A stretch of DNA of 63,798 nt, counting the filler, from Octopus bimaculoides (lineage: Eukaryota): the NCBI RefSeq assembly GCF_001194135.2. It is 4 parts of 4 records of this genome, joined end to end, with 100 filler letters (N's around TTAATTAATTAA, not from the genome) between each part and the next. Parts side by side here need not be neighbours in the genome. Positions count along the whole stretch, not along the records: positions 47,836 to 63,798 come from NC_068988.1; 3 more parts are not named here. One strand, 5' to 3'. Below the pieces are notes generated by a model that made no database searches, was not told where the DNA came from, and worked only from the letters and a program-made list of their open reading frames with translations. Both the position numbers and the translations under genes were made by a program. The stretch's first letter is position 1. Each line of letters begins with the position of its first letter. Shown in pieces: positions 54,377-63,798 of the stretch.

Positions 54377-56037
54377 CCTCTAAGAAAGAGTTCCACTTGA
54401 CTACAAATACAACCTTTTTTTGATTTTTTATCAGACTTTTACTAATGTAGAAACACTCAGTTATGATTTTAGACATTATACCACTGAATTTAAGACAGAA
54501 AAGTGCAACAGGTTCACTTCTGGGATTTGTACCTATCACACATCAGGGATCTCTCAGTAGGCACATTTCTCTTTTTTGTTTTAAATGGGTGATTTTAAAA
54601 TTTAATATCAAATAAAACTGAAATCATATATGAAAATTTCTTGGAAAGCCTGAAATAACACCAAATAGTATCAGTTTGTTTAAAATGTTTATTCCGTTTC
54701 TGTCTTGCGAATTATGTTAACAGCCAAAATACATGCATGAATTAAAGGTATGTGTTCACTTTTCCATTGTGAAAAATAGAACTCCTAGTCAGAATAATGT
54801 TTATGCAAATGCACAAAATAAAATGAAAACAAAACAAATAATTATGAAAACCATAAAACAAAGTTTTAAGGAAAAATAGGATTGTATTTGACAAAAGAAG
54901 TCAACAAGAAAATTTCAGTTTCAGTTCCAACACAAATATTTGTATTATAATTTTGTCAGTTTCACAGCTTTTTAATTGGAAATAAATGAATTTGTAATAA
55001 CAATGATTTAGTTTTATTTACAAGTTATTTAACTAACGTTTGAATTTTGAATGATTTCTGTAAAACTTAGAAATAGATTTTCAAGAGTCATAATATCATA
55101 GTTTAGTCAGTTATTAAATATAAAACTTATCTAAAATATCAAATTAAATCTCAATGAGAAACCACATTCATATGATGAAAAGGATTCCCACAAGTTTTAC
55201 ATACCTGAAAATTCCACAAATTGCTTACTTTTAAACAAAGAATATTTCTTATTCAGGTAAAATATAAAGTAAAAAGGTTTTCGTTTATAAAAATTTTTTT
55301 AAAATACTGAAATTATTTAGTGAATTAATAATAAGGATATGTTATTTGTACATATTCTGATAATTTAAGAAATTGGAAACTGAACATGACAACTGCTTTG
55401 TTAGGAGAATGAGAAAATATATTTCTCTTGTAGTCAAGAAGATAAATATTGAAGCACTTACATATAATGTAAGTAGTTAAATTTAGAGGTTACTGAAACA
55501 AAACATAAGTAAATGGGCAGACCATTTTTCAACAATCTGGAAAAGTGTTAACACACATCTCACAATGACATACATTTTTCACTCATACACACATCTATTT
55601 TCCAATATTTACAAAGAAGAGCACAAGCCATTGTTAATTAACAGAAGAAAAAATTAGATTATTTGGTATATAAAATGGAAAAATGAATTTATGCTGTTCA
55701 TAGGATTTTCTCTCATTTACCAACCACTGTTTCACCTGTTAATCAAAAATATATCCTTTGTATTGACTGCTGTCATCTTAGTTCTGCAAACACCTGAGCA
55801 ATGGAGACATTATATTCTCAATGAAATGGCAAGTTTCCCATCACAGAGTTTTGCTGTTACAAGCAGCCACATATCTTTTTCAACATAAAAATATACACAA
55901 TGTTTACACAGCATCCAGTAGCTAAAGTTTGTGCATGATAATCTTCATTGGCATTATAATGGCAGCTGTTATTGTGTAAATTCTATTTTTATTTTTGTCC
56001 TCCATTATTATTTCTCATGACTTTAAATCTCACACTT

Positions 56038-57096
56038 CTAACTAACACTAGCTATCTCTGTTTTTGATGCATTTCCATTCATTTTTATTGATTTCTCCTT
56101 ATTAACATCTCCAGTGCCATCTCTTTTATTAGATCTAGCTGTAGGCCCTGTGCATGGATCAACAATTTTATTACCATTGATCATAGTTTCTAGTTGTTTC
56201 TTATTGTCAAGTTTCTGGCAGAATGTATTTTCTTGTTTAGACATTCCTTTTGAAGTTACTCTGCAGTGACTTGAGCATCCTTGTATAGGTTTACTAGCAG
56301 AAGAAACAGCAACATTTTTTTGATTACCATTAGTTTGGAAACATTTTTGTGGAATATTTTGTGGCATCTTCTGCCAATTATCTTGAGAATTCTTCGGTCC
56401 ATAGTTGTGAGTAACTTTTATTGAATTAGTTTGCATTACACGTTGTGCATTAGTTTGGTTTACTTTTGGAAGTGACATTTCGTTGTTTTGGGGAAAGTTA
56501 CTTGGTTGAAATTTCTGAATTTGTGGTGTCCTTTGCATAAGCACAGGCAGAGGTTTCTGAAAATTTGCAATGGACATTCTTTGAGGACTGAGTGATACAG
56601 AATTAGGTAAAGATTTGGGAGCTATAACTTGAGGTCTTTGAAAGATTTCAGGGGGTTTGGGTGCAATAAGCTGAGGTGTTTTGAGAGTTTGCAAAGTTTT
56701 CTGATTATGACTATGTTTAGTAGAAGGCGGTGGTTGAGTAGGTTTGTGAAATACAGCATTATCACTGCACGGCCTCATTACAGAGCTGCTATTGGTTGTT
56801 GTCTCAGTGCAACTAGCATTGGTACGTACAGTAGTTGTGACAACAGTGGTAGTAGTTGGTGTTGGAGTGGTCAATTGAACAGTAGTGGCAGTAGGTGTTA
56901 AGACAGTTGAAGCCTTTGTCACATGTGTAGCAGCTGCTGTAGTATGTGTTACAGTGTTAGTGACACCAGTAGTGGACACTGACAGCTTCAGTTTTTCTTT
57001 CACACTTCTGTTTTCAGAGACAGTTTCTGTGTTAGACAGTTTGGGTTTCTTAGCACTATTTTCAAACACAGAATAGAAGAGTCGCAATGGAGCATT
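56038..57096 (-). CDS. BMI1: Last coding exon of a BMI1/PCGF2-4/Psc-like Polycomb group RING finger gene (end of RAWUL domain plus long disordered C-terminal region)
   Basis: Acceptor ...tgtcttttgcag at 57097-57108 (minus strand). Exon is 1059 nt (352 aa + TAG at 56038-56040) and opens NAPLRLFYSVFENSAKKPK, comparable to BMI1 NGPLPLKYRVRPTCKRMK. It joins the upstream exon in phase 0. The ORF-track start (57129) is intronic. Confidence 0.9.
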   Translation of the reverse strand, partial: NAPLRLFYSVFENSAKKPKLSNTETVSENRSVKEKLKLSVSTTGVTNTVTHTTAAATHVTKASTVLTPTATTVQLTTPTPTTTTVVTTTVRTNASCTETTTNSSSVMRPCSDNAVFHKPTQPPPSTKHSHNQKTLQTLKTPQLIAPKPPEIFQRPQVIAPKSLPNSVSLSPQRMSIANFQKPLPVLMQRTPQIQKFQPSNFPQNNEMSLPKVNQTNAQRVMQTNSIKVTHNYGPKNSQDNWQKMPQNIPQKCFQTNGNQKNVAVSSASKPIQGCSSHCRVTSKGMSKQENTFCQKLDNKKQLETMINGNKIVDPCTGPTARSNKRDGTGDVNKEKSIKMNGNASKTEIASVS

Positions 57097-57875
57097 CTGC
57101 AAAAGACATTTCAGTAACATATTAATCATAAATTGCCAAGTTCAATCACAGATTGTTTTAAAATAGATTAAAACACACAATTCTGTCTTTCACAAAGCAA
57201 TCAGATAAATATCACAAATACCATTAAATATCAAAAGTAGCTCACTTTCCTTAAAATATCAAACAAGCCAGAAACTGAATCCACAATTTATCATAGTTAC
57301 AGAATGTAATTTGTCAGCTTTAATCTAACAAAACTATATGAGATTAATGAAACACAGAGTAATTACCAATAGATTCAGTAATCTAGTGACAGTGTTAACT
57401 TTAATCACTTCATCCAATGTGATATTTTATTGAAAATCTTAGTTATAGGTTTATGAGTTCACTATGGCAGGATTTTCACTCAACACTACATACTACTAAA
57501 TAACACTAATTTAAACATTCTAAATCAGCATTCAGGTACTACTTTATTTCATAAAACTCAGATACACTTCAGATGCTGACTTCCTACCAGCAGTTAGAAC
57601 AGAGGACCCACATCAATCAACAAAATAGACTACATACTCCAGCCTGGAAGAAAAGGAAGCCTATATATATATATATATATACATTGTAGCTTGATCTTCT
57701 AGAAATAGCAGATAAATTCCTACATAATATTCTCTACTATCTTTACAGCTTAATGTTGTAACCCTGAATATATTCTGCTAGAAAAGCAAAAGTACAAAAT
57801 GGCCATTGCTAAAATGGCTTTCATCATAGATTTACCTATCAGTTTCAATCTCGCTGATCTCAGGAGGCCTATAAA

Positions 57876-58147
57876 CAGTGGTGGACTGGTCAGATTGCCA
57901 GCTTGCCTGAAGGCAAGTGGGCCCCTGCAACATTAGAATCCATATATGGGGACCCATCCCCTCAAGTTTGAGAATTTTTTACTCACTCCTGGAAGACTGC
58001 ATTAATTATTTCAGCCCGGCTGTGTTTGTAGACAGTTAAAAAGAATACTTAAAAAAAAAAAAAATTAAATGATAGCATTGTAGTTGCAGGTGGCCCCCCC
58101 CCCTTAGTCTCCTGGCAACTAATATTTTTAGACCTAGTCTGCCACTG
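57876..58147. mobile_element. hAT-type MITE, 272 bp, in the last intron of the BMI1-like gene
   Basis: Perfect 8-bp TSD CCTATAAA at 57868-57875 and 58148-58155. Imperfect terminal inverted repeats (TIRs): CAGTGGTGGACTGGTC versus reverse complement of the right end CAGTGGCAGACTAGGTC. Confidence 0.85.
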
Positions 58148-58238
58148 CCTATAAAGGTTATAAGCACAGTTGCTTCCTCTAGGCTGTACTATTAAAAACA
58201 TGCAAAAACAATTATAGGGAATGGTTATAGAAACTTAC

Positions 58239-58319
58239 CCGTCTCCAGGTATAAATGTAAGCAATATCAATCAAAGTGTAGTTGTCTTTCAGTGGTTCAT
58301 CGGAGTGAAATATGTGAAT
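58239..58319 (-). CDS. BMI1: Penultimate coding exon of the BMI1/Psc-like gene (RAWUL domain)
   Basis: 81 nt between cag| and |gtaagt. Translates [27 protein letters not shown] versus human BMI1 [27 protein letters not shown] (recalled). Not in the ORF track. Upstream RING exons were not found and presumably lie beyond 63798. Confidence 0.93.
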
Positions 58320-58866
58320 CTGCGCAGACAAGCAATTGTCATTAGAAACAGTGAAGATAGAATGAATGCAATCAAAAACAACAGAACACAAAACTTTGTA
58401 GTCAAACTAAAAACAAAAACATTCCTTATTTCTTGGCTGCTGATCTCATTGTTGTTGTTATTTTCTTCCATTTCTTCAACCAACAAAAAAATTGGTAAAA
58501 AGGAAATGGCCAAATAAATATGGTATAGAAATGTCAGTTTTTAACACTAATAATACAAACAATGATAAGAAAGCAATACAAATATATTAATCACAATCAT
58601 GATTAGTTACATTGGGGAACATGGTTTTCATTATCTGATGTCGGAGGCATGTCACCAGGTAATTTTGGAGTTGCTGATTTCAAAAATGAAATCCATCATG
58701 TCAATCTTTTTTACAAACTCAAATATCTATTTTGCAACATTTCCAGTATTGTAACCATTTAAAAAAATAGATAAGAGTTCATCAAATGCAGACCCATGTA
58801 CAGAGATTGACATAACTTTGAAACATAGCTTTCCAATATTGTTTAAAGTAAATGCAACTACAAAAG

Positions 58867-61800
58867 TGTTGTGAAATGATTCCAACCACCCACAAGTGAC
58901 TAAAAGAGAACTGACACATTACTATAAAATAAAGAACTTTCAGCAGTTCAGGGTAAGAAGTTCACTGTGAGCCACTGGCAGAGAGCATTTAACCTTGTGT
59001 AACAGTAATCATAGAGAGTTGTGTGAATACTTTCTTCCCCCCTCCCACTTCATTAAACACCAGGATATAAAAGTGGCGATTTGTTCGAAGCTTGGGTTGG
59101 ACATTTAGAATTTTTTGGGGTATGAAACCAAAGAAAAATTAATTTTAACATGGAAGACTTATTGGCCTCCATAGTGCAGTAGCAACACCAACAAAAACCA
59201 ACAGTTGCTGGAATTAATGTTAAAGAAGTCGGAAAATACTTCAGGATCATATTCGCCAGACAAAATAGCAAACTCAATTGAAGAATTCAGTTATAATCCA
59301 GAGAAAGGATTACCTTCACTGCATATTTTCGATGATACAAAGAAATCTTCAGAGAAAAATGTGAAAATTGGATGAACAAGAAAAAAATACGACTTCTTTT
59401 AAGAAAGTTATCCCAAATTGAACATGAAACATATAGTAATTATATTCTGCTGAAGAGCCCAGGTGAAATTTGTTTCAATGAAACAATATTTTATCAAACA
59501 TTTTCAGGGAAAGAAGTACCCTGTTCAATACTTGCTGGCAATGTATAAATATGGTAAAAAACTATGATGAAGAATTTGTCACCTAATTTTTGTTCAAGGG
59601 CTAACTGCAAGCAAAGTTGCAGACGTAGGTTCCCAGATATTAACAAAATTAGAACAGAACCAAAAATTAACTCTACAGGCAGTTGCAGAAGAATGCCAGA
59701 AAATTATAAATCTAAGACATGACACAGATAAAATTGAAGAGAAAGATTGCTCTCATATTCATGTGCCAATCAGTAATGGACGAGAAAAAATGAAAAAAAT
59801 GTCAAAACTGAATCCATGTTATGGGTGCAGTGGTCTACATTTTAAAAGCAACTGTCCGTTTAAAAATATAAAATGCTTCAAGTGTAGAAAGATAGGTCAT
59901 AAAAAATCACACCGTAAAACAAAAGCTAAAAAACAGCTCAACAGAAAAGATCATGTAAACAGGTTATTGGTGACAAGAAATATGAACAAGCCACAAAGGA
60001 AATTTGTGTATGTAAGAATTAACAACACAAACATAAAGTTACAATTGGATACAGGCAGCGATATCTTGATAATTAATCCAGATACATGGAAAAAAATCTG
60101 GANNNNNNNNNNNNNNNNNNNNNNNNNNNNNNNNNNNNNNNNNNNNNNNNNNNNNNNNNNNNNNNNNNNNNNNNNNNNNNNNNNNNNNNNNNNNNNNNNN
60201 NNNNNNNNNNNNNNNNNNNNNNNNNNNNNNNNNNNNNNNNNNNNNNNNNNNNNNNNNNNNNNNNNNNNNNNNNNNNNNNNNNNNNNNNNNNNNNNNNNNN
60301 NNNNNNNNNNNNNNNNNNNNNNNNNNNNNNNNNNNNNNNNNNNNNNNNNNNNNNNNNNNNNNNNNNNNNNNNNNNNNNNNNNNNNNNNNNNNNNNNNNNN
60401 NNNNNNNNNNNNNNNNNNNNNNNNNNNNNNNNNNNNNNNNNNNNNNNNNNNNNNNNNNNNNNNNNNNNNNNNNNNNNNNNNNNNNNNNNNNNNNNNNNNN
60501 NNNNNNNNNNNNNNNNNNNNNNNNNNNNNNNNNNNNNNNNNNNNNNNNNNNNNNNNNNNNNNNNNNNNNNNNNNNNNNNNNNNNNNNNNNNNNNNNNNNN
60601 NNNNNNNNNNNNNNNNNNNNNNNNNNNNNNNNNNNNNNNNNNNNNNNNNNNNNNNNNNNNNNNNNNNNNNNNNNNNNNNNNNNNNNNNNNNNNNNNNNNN
60701 NNNNNNNNNNNNNNNNNNNNNNNNNNNNNNNNNNNNNNNNNNNNNNNNNNNNNNNNNNNNNNNNNNNNNNNNNNNNNNNNNNNNNNNNNNNNNNNNNNNN
60801 NNNNNNNNNNNNNGGATAAAAATATGCATTTTTCTGAATGTGTGACATTCTCAACGTGTAACAATGTGTTGATGTAAGCACAAAGAGTTGTAGTGCCAGC
60901 CACACTACAGAAGTGATTACTAAAGGAATTTCACATTGGTCACCTAGGGATTTCGAGAATGGAATTGTTAATGAGAAGTTATGTTTATTGGCCAACAATG
61001 GACCGTGACATTGAAGAACTAGTGAAAGCATGCAGAGGTTGTACCCTAGCTGCAAAAGCACCAACCACTAAATGGCAACCATGGCACAAAACATACTTCA
61101 TGGTCCAGACTGCATGTTGATTATGCAGGCCTACTTAAGAGTTCATATTACCTTGTTGTGGTGGACAGTATCTCAAAGTGGCCTGAAGTGCATAAGTGTA
61201 AAAAGCCAACATCTGCAGTTACATTAAGTTTTTTATATGAGTTGTTCACCAGATATGGTATTCCTGATACCATTGTGTCTGACAATGGAACTCAATTTAC
61301 TTCAGATGAGTTCAAAAAATTCGTAAAATGTTCATTATCAAACGTGACCACTCCAATGGATAAGCAGAGCATTTTGTTGGCACTTCTAAGATGCCCTTAA
61401 AAACGGTGAACAATGAAGTAATGGATGACCTTGCACTTCAACAATTTCTAAGTGTGTACTGAGTAACACCTAATCCAAATACCCTGTCTGGAATGTCACC
61501 TGTGGGATTGATGCTTGCTAGAAACATCAGATCCATCTTTGATAAGCTGATACTGAGTGAAAATAGAAAAAAGGCGAACAACAAATATACTTCAGCTCGG
61601 TGACACAGATTTTTTTAAAAACCTATAGACACAGTAAAGAAAGCTGGGAGGATGGTGTAATTATCAAACAAATTGAAAGAATGATATTCCTAGTAAAAGG
61701 AAAAAATATCAAATATAAAAGACATATAAACCAACTTATGAATGGAAACGCTAGAATTGAACCCTAAGCATAAGAGATATTAAAACTCTGAGTGGAGTTT

Positions 61801-62226
61801 AATTCTAAAAAGGGGAGATGCTGTGGACGGATTCCGACCCCCCCCCCCCCNNNNNNNNNNNNNNNNNNNNNNNNNNNNNNNNNNNNNNNNNNNNNNNNNN
61901 NNNNNNNNNNNNNNNNNNNNNNNNNNNNNNNNNNNNNNNNNNNNNNNNNNNNNNNNNNNNNNNNNNNNNNNNNNNNNNNNNNNNNNNNNNNNNNNNNNNN
62001 NNNNNNNNNNNNNNNNNNNNNNNNNNNNNNNNNNNNNNNNNNNNNNNNNNNNNNNNNNNNNNNNNNNNNNNNNNNNNNNNNNNNNNNNNNNNNNNNNNNN
62101 NNNNNNNNNNNGTGAGCCACTGGCAGAGAGCATTTAACCTTGTGTAACAGCAATTGTAGTGCATTGTGTGAATACCTTTTTTCTACCCACTTCATTAAAT
62201 TATTTATCCAACACCAGGATATAAAA
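58867..62226 (+). mobile_element. Decayed Ty3/Gypsy LTR retrotransposon with both LTRs, intronic and antisense to the host gene
   Basis: 5' LTR ~58867-59072 (TGTTGTGAAATGATTCCAACC) and 3' LTR ~61819-62226 (TGCTGTGGACGGATTCCGACC); 58967-59072 matches 62112-62226. PBS-like TGGCGA at 59074; polypurine tract AAAAAGGGGAGA before 61819. Gag remnant from ~59151, Zn knuckles CYGCSGLHFKSNC/CFKCRKIGH, protease LDTGSD, integrase YVYWP, VVDSISKWPEV and IVSDNGTQF. Stops and frameshifts present; the RT region falls in the N gap. Confidence 0.9.
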
Positions 62227-62514
62227 AAAAAAATGTGAAAACTAAAGTATCTTCAGTAAATAAAAAGCACTGAACTTGAGCAACTTCCACTATTTTCAAT
62301 CTAACCAGTTTTAAATGTCATGATGTTAATATGAGACATATATGATGATGTCCTTGACATTATGCTTTCTCCAAGTGACAACTGGCTTGAATATATGTTT
62401 TGTATTTCAGAAATATGGCCAGTTGTGGGAGAAGAAAATGCTAAAACAGTCTCAATGTCTTCCACTATATTTGTGGATGTTACACTTTACCTAGGCAGTG
62501 AAACAAAATCACTA

Positions 62515-62990
62515 ATTTTGTGAAGAAAGTTTACAATACTTACTTTGGTATAAAACTGGGTGGTCAAGACAAGGCCTGGGCATCCCCATGTTGAAACAGT
62601 GAGACAGTGACTGCTTCAAATAGATAAGCAGAAAGTTTCCAGCTTTGTCTCTTGGCATAATTAAGTTTGGTGTTTGACAGGTCACAGATTACATGGCTAT
62701 TGTAGGATGAGCAGTTTTTATAAACCATGTCAGGCACCGAAAAAGTAATATGGAATGCTTTTGCTGTAGCTGTGATTTTTTGGGGAGACAAGAAGTCATC
62801 AAATTATGAAGAACTTCTGCAGACCCTGTTAGCCAGTTTTTGAGTACTGGGCTGCAATATGAGTGTAAAAGTGCATTTCCTGCACTGTCATCTGGACTAC
62901 TTCCCTAAAAATCATAGAGCAATAAGTGATGAGCAAGGAGAAAGATTCCACCAAGACATTGAGACCATGAAGACTAGGTACCAAGTTTGA
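62515..62990 (+). mobile_element. Internally deleted DNA transposase relic, Chapaev3/CMC-like
   Basis: Translates FVKKVYNTYFGIKLGGQDKAW, then after a deletion WNAFAVAV...LGCNMSVKVHFLHCHLDYFPKNHRAISDEQGERFHQDIETMKTRYQ with in-frame stops. The transposase nature is clear; the superfamily label is from recall. Confidence 0.65.
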
Positions 62991-62991
62991 A

Positions 62992-63798
62992 AACAAGGTA
63001 TGTCGAGCTCTTTATAAAATGACAGGCTCTACAGTGGATAAACTGGGAAAATTAACAAGCTCAATTTACGATACAGGGAAGGAATTGTTTGGAGTAAAAG
63101 AGAATATCCGATTAGAGAAAGGAAAGTGTAGACCAAACAGGAGGATCAGGAAAATGAAACAGTTGAGGAAGGAAAAGACCAGCCTAAGAAAGTGATGGAA
63201 ATGTGCTGCAGAAGATGACAAACCTGGCCTCGTGCTGCTGTATAACGATTTGGAAAGGAAATGTTATGTGCAACGACATATCCGCCAATATGAGCATCGA
63301 AAGGAGAGTAAACGGACTCGGGGGCAGTTTCTGAAGGACCCGCATGGGTTTACTTAGAAGCTGTTCACTGAACCGAAGAGTGGTTCTTTATCGTGCATGA
63401 AAGAAGAATTGGACACTCATATCAAAGAAACCTACAGCAATCCGCACCGTAACCAGCTACTGCCACCTCTACATGGGCTAAATCATCTCTCAGAACCTGA
63501 TATTGAATTCCAAATTGGGGACATCACGGAGAGAGAGGTGAATGATTTCGTAAGAAAAGCGAGAGCAAAGAGTGCCACAGGAGGTGATGGCATCTCATAC
63601 AAAGTCTATAGATATTGCAATCGTCTGCGAAAGAAGCTCTTTGTCCTACTCCGACAACTGTGGCGCGAAGAGACTCTAGTAGAAGACTGGTGTAAGGCAG
63701 AAGGTATATACCTGCCGAAAGAGGCCAATGCAAAGACTTTAAAACAGTTTAGGCCGATATCCTTATTGAATGTGGAATGCAAGATCTTTATGGGAATT
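62992..63798 (+). mobile_element. Non-LTR retrotransposon ORF fragment (pre-RT and first RT motifs), HERO-like, running off the window
   Basis: One frame from 62992 to the end with two stops: ...EVNDFVRKARAKSATGGDGISYKVY...WCKAEGIYLPKEANAKTLKQFRPISLLNVECKIF. RT motifs are unambiguous; the clade call is from recall. Confidence 0.75.

Noticed and set aside
57097-57129. ORF-track start MINMLLKCLLQ for the 363-aa ORF
   Set aside because: It lies upstream of the acceptor AG and is intron sequence.

Overview
AT-rich, gap-ridden, microsatellite- and SINE-dense animal DNA. The SINE families look like octopus OR/CORE types, so the source is probably an Octopus genome (inference). The window is not one locus: three identical 100-bp spacers (44 N + TTAATTAATTAA + 44 N) join four segments (1-14771, 14872-32722, 32823-47735, 47836-63798). 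The only host gene I can identify is the 3' end of a BMI1/Psc-type Polycomb group RING finger gene on the minus strand. It has an 81-nt exon (58239-58319, [27 protein letters not shown]) and a last exon (56038-57096) beginning NAPLRLFYSV, matching the BMI1 WRR|NGPLPLKYRV junction. The last exon encodes a 352-aa basic low-complexity tail reminiscent of the Drosophila Psc C-terminal region. Its introns hold a hAT MITE with a perfect 8-bp target-site duplication (TSD), a decayed two-LTR Gypsy element, a Chapaev3-like transposase relic and a HERO-like reverse transcriptase (RT). Elsewhere are decayed hAT, CR1, RTE, mariner and Helitron-like relics, long-armed foldback elements (one with TTAGGG repeats in its core), and an RT-less Tx1-like element sitting between microsatellites. 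Almost all listed ORFs are gap or microsatellite artefacts. No CRISPR array, rRNA or intact tRNA was seen. All assignments come from reading and recall; no database search was run.
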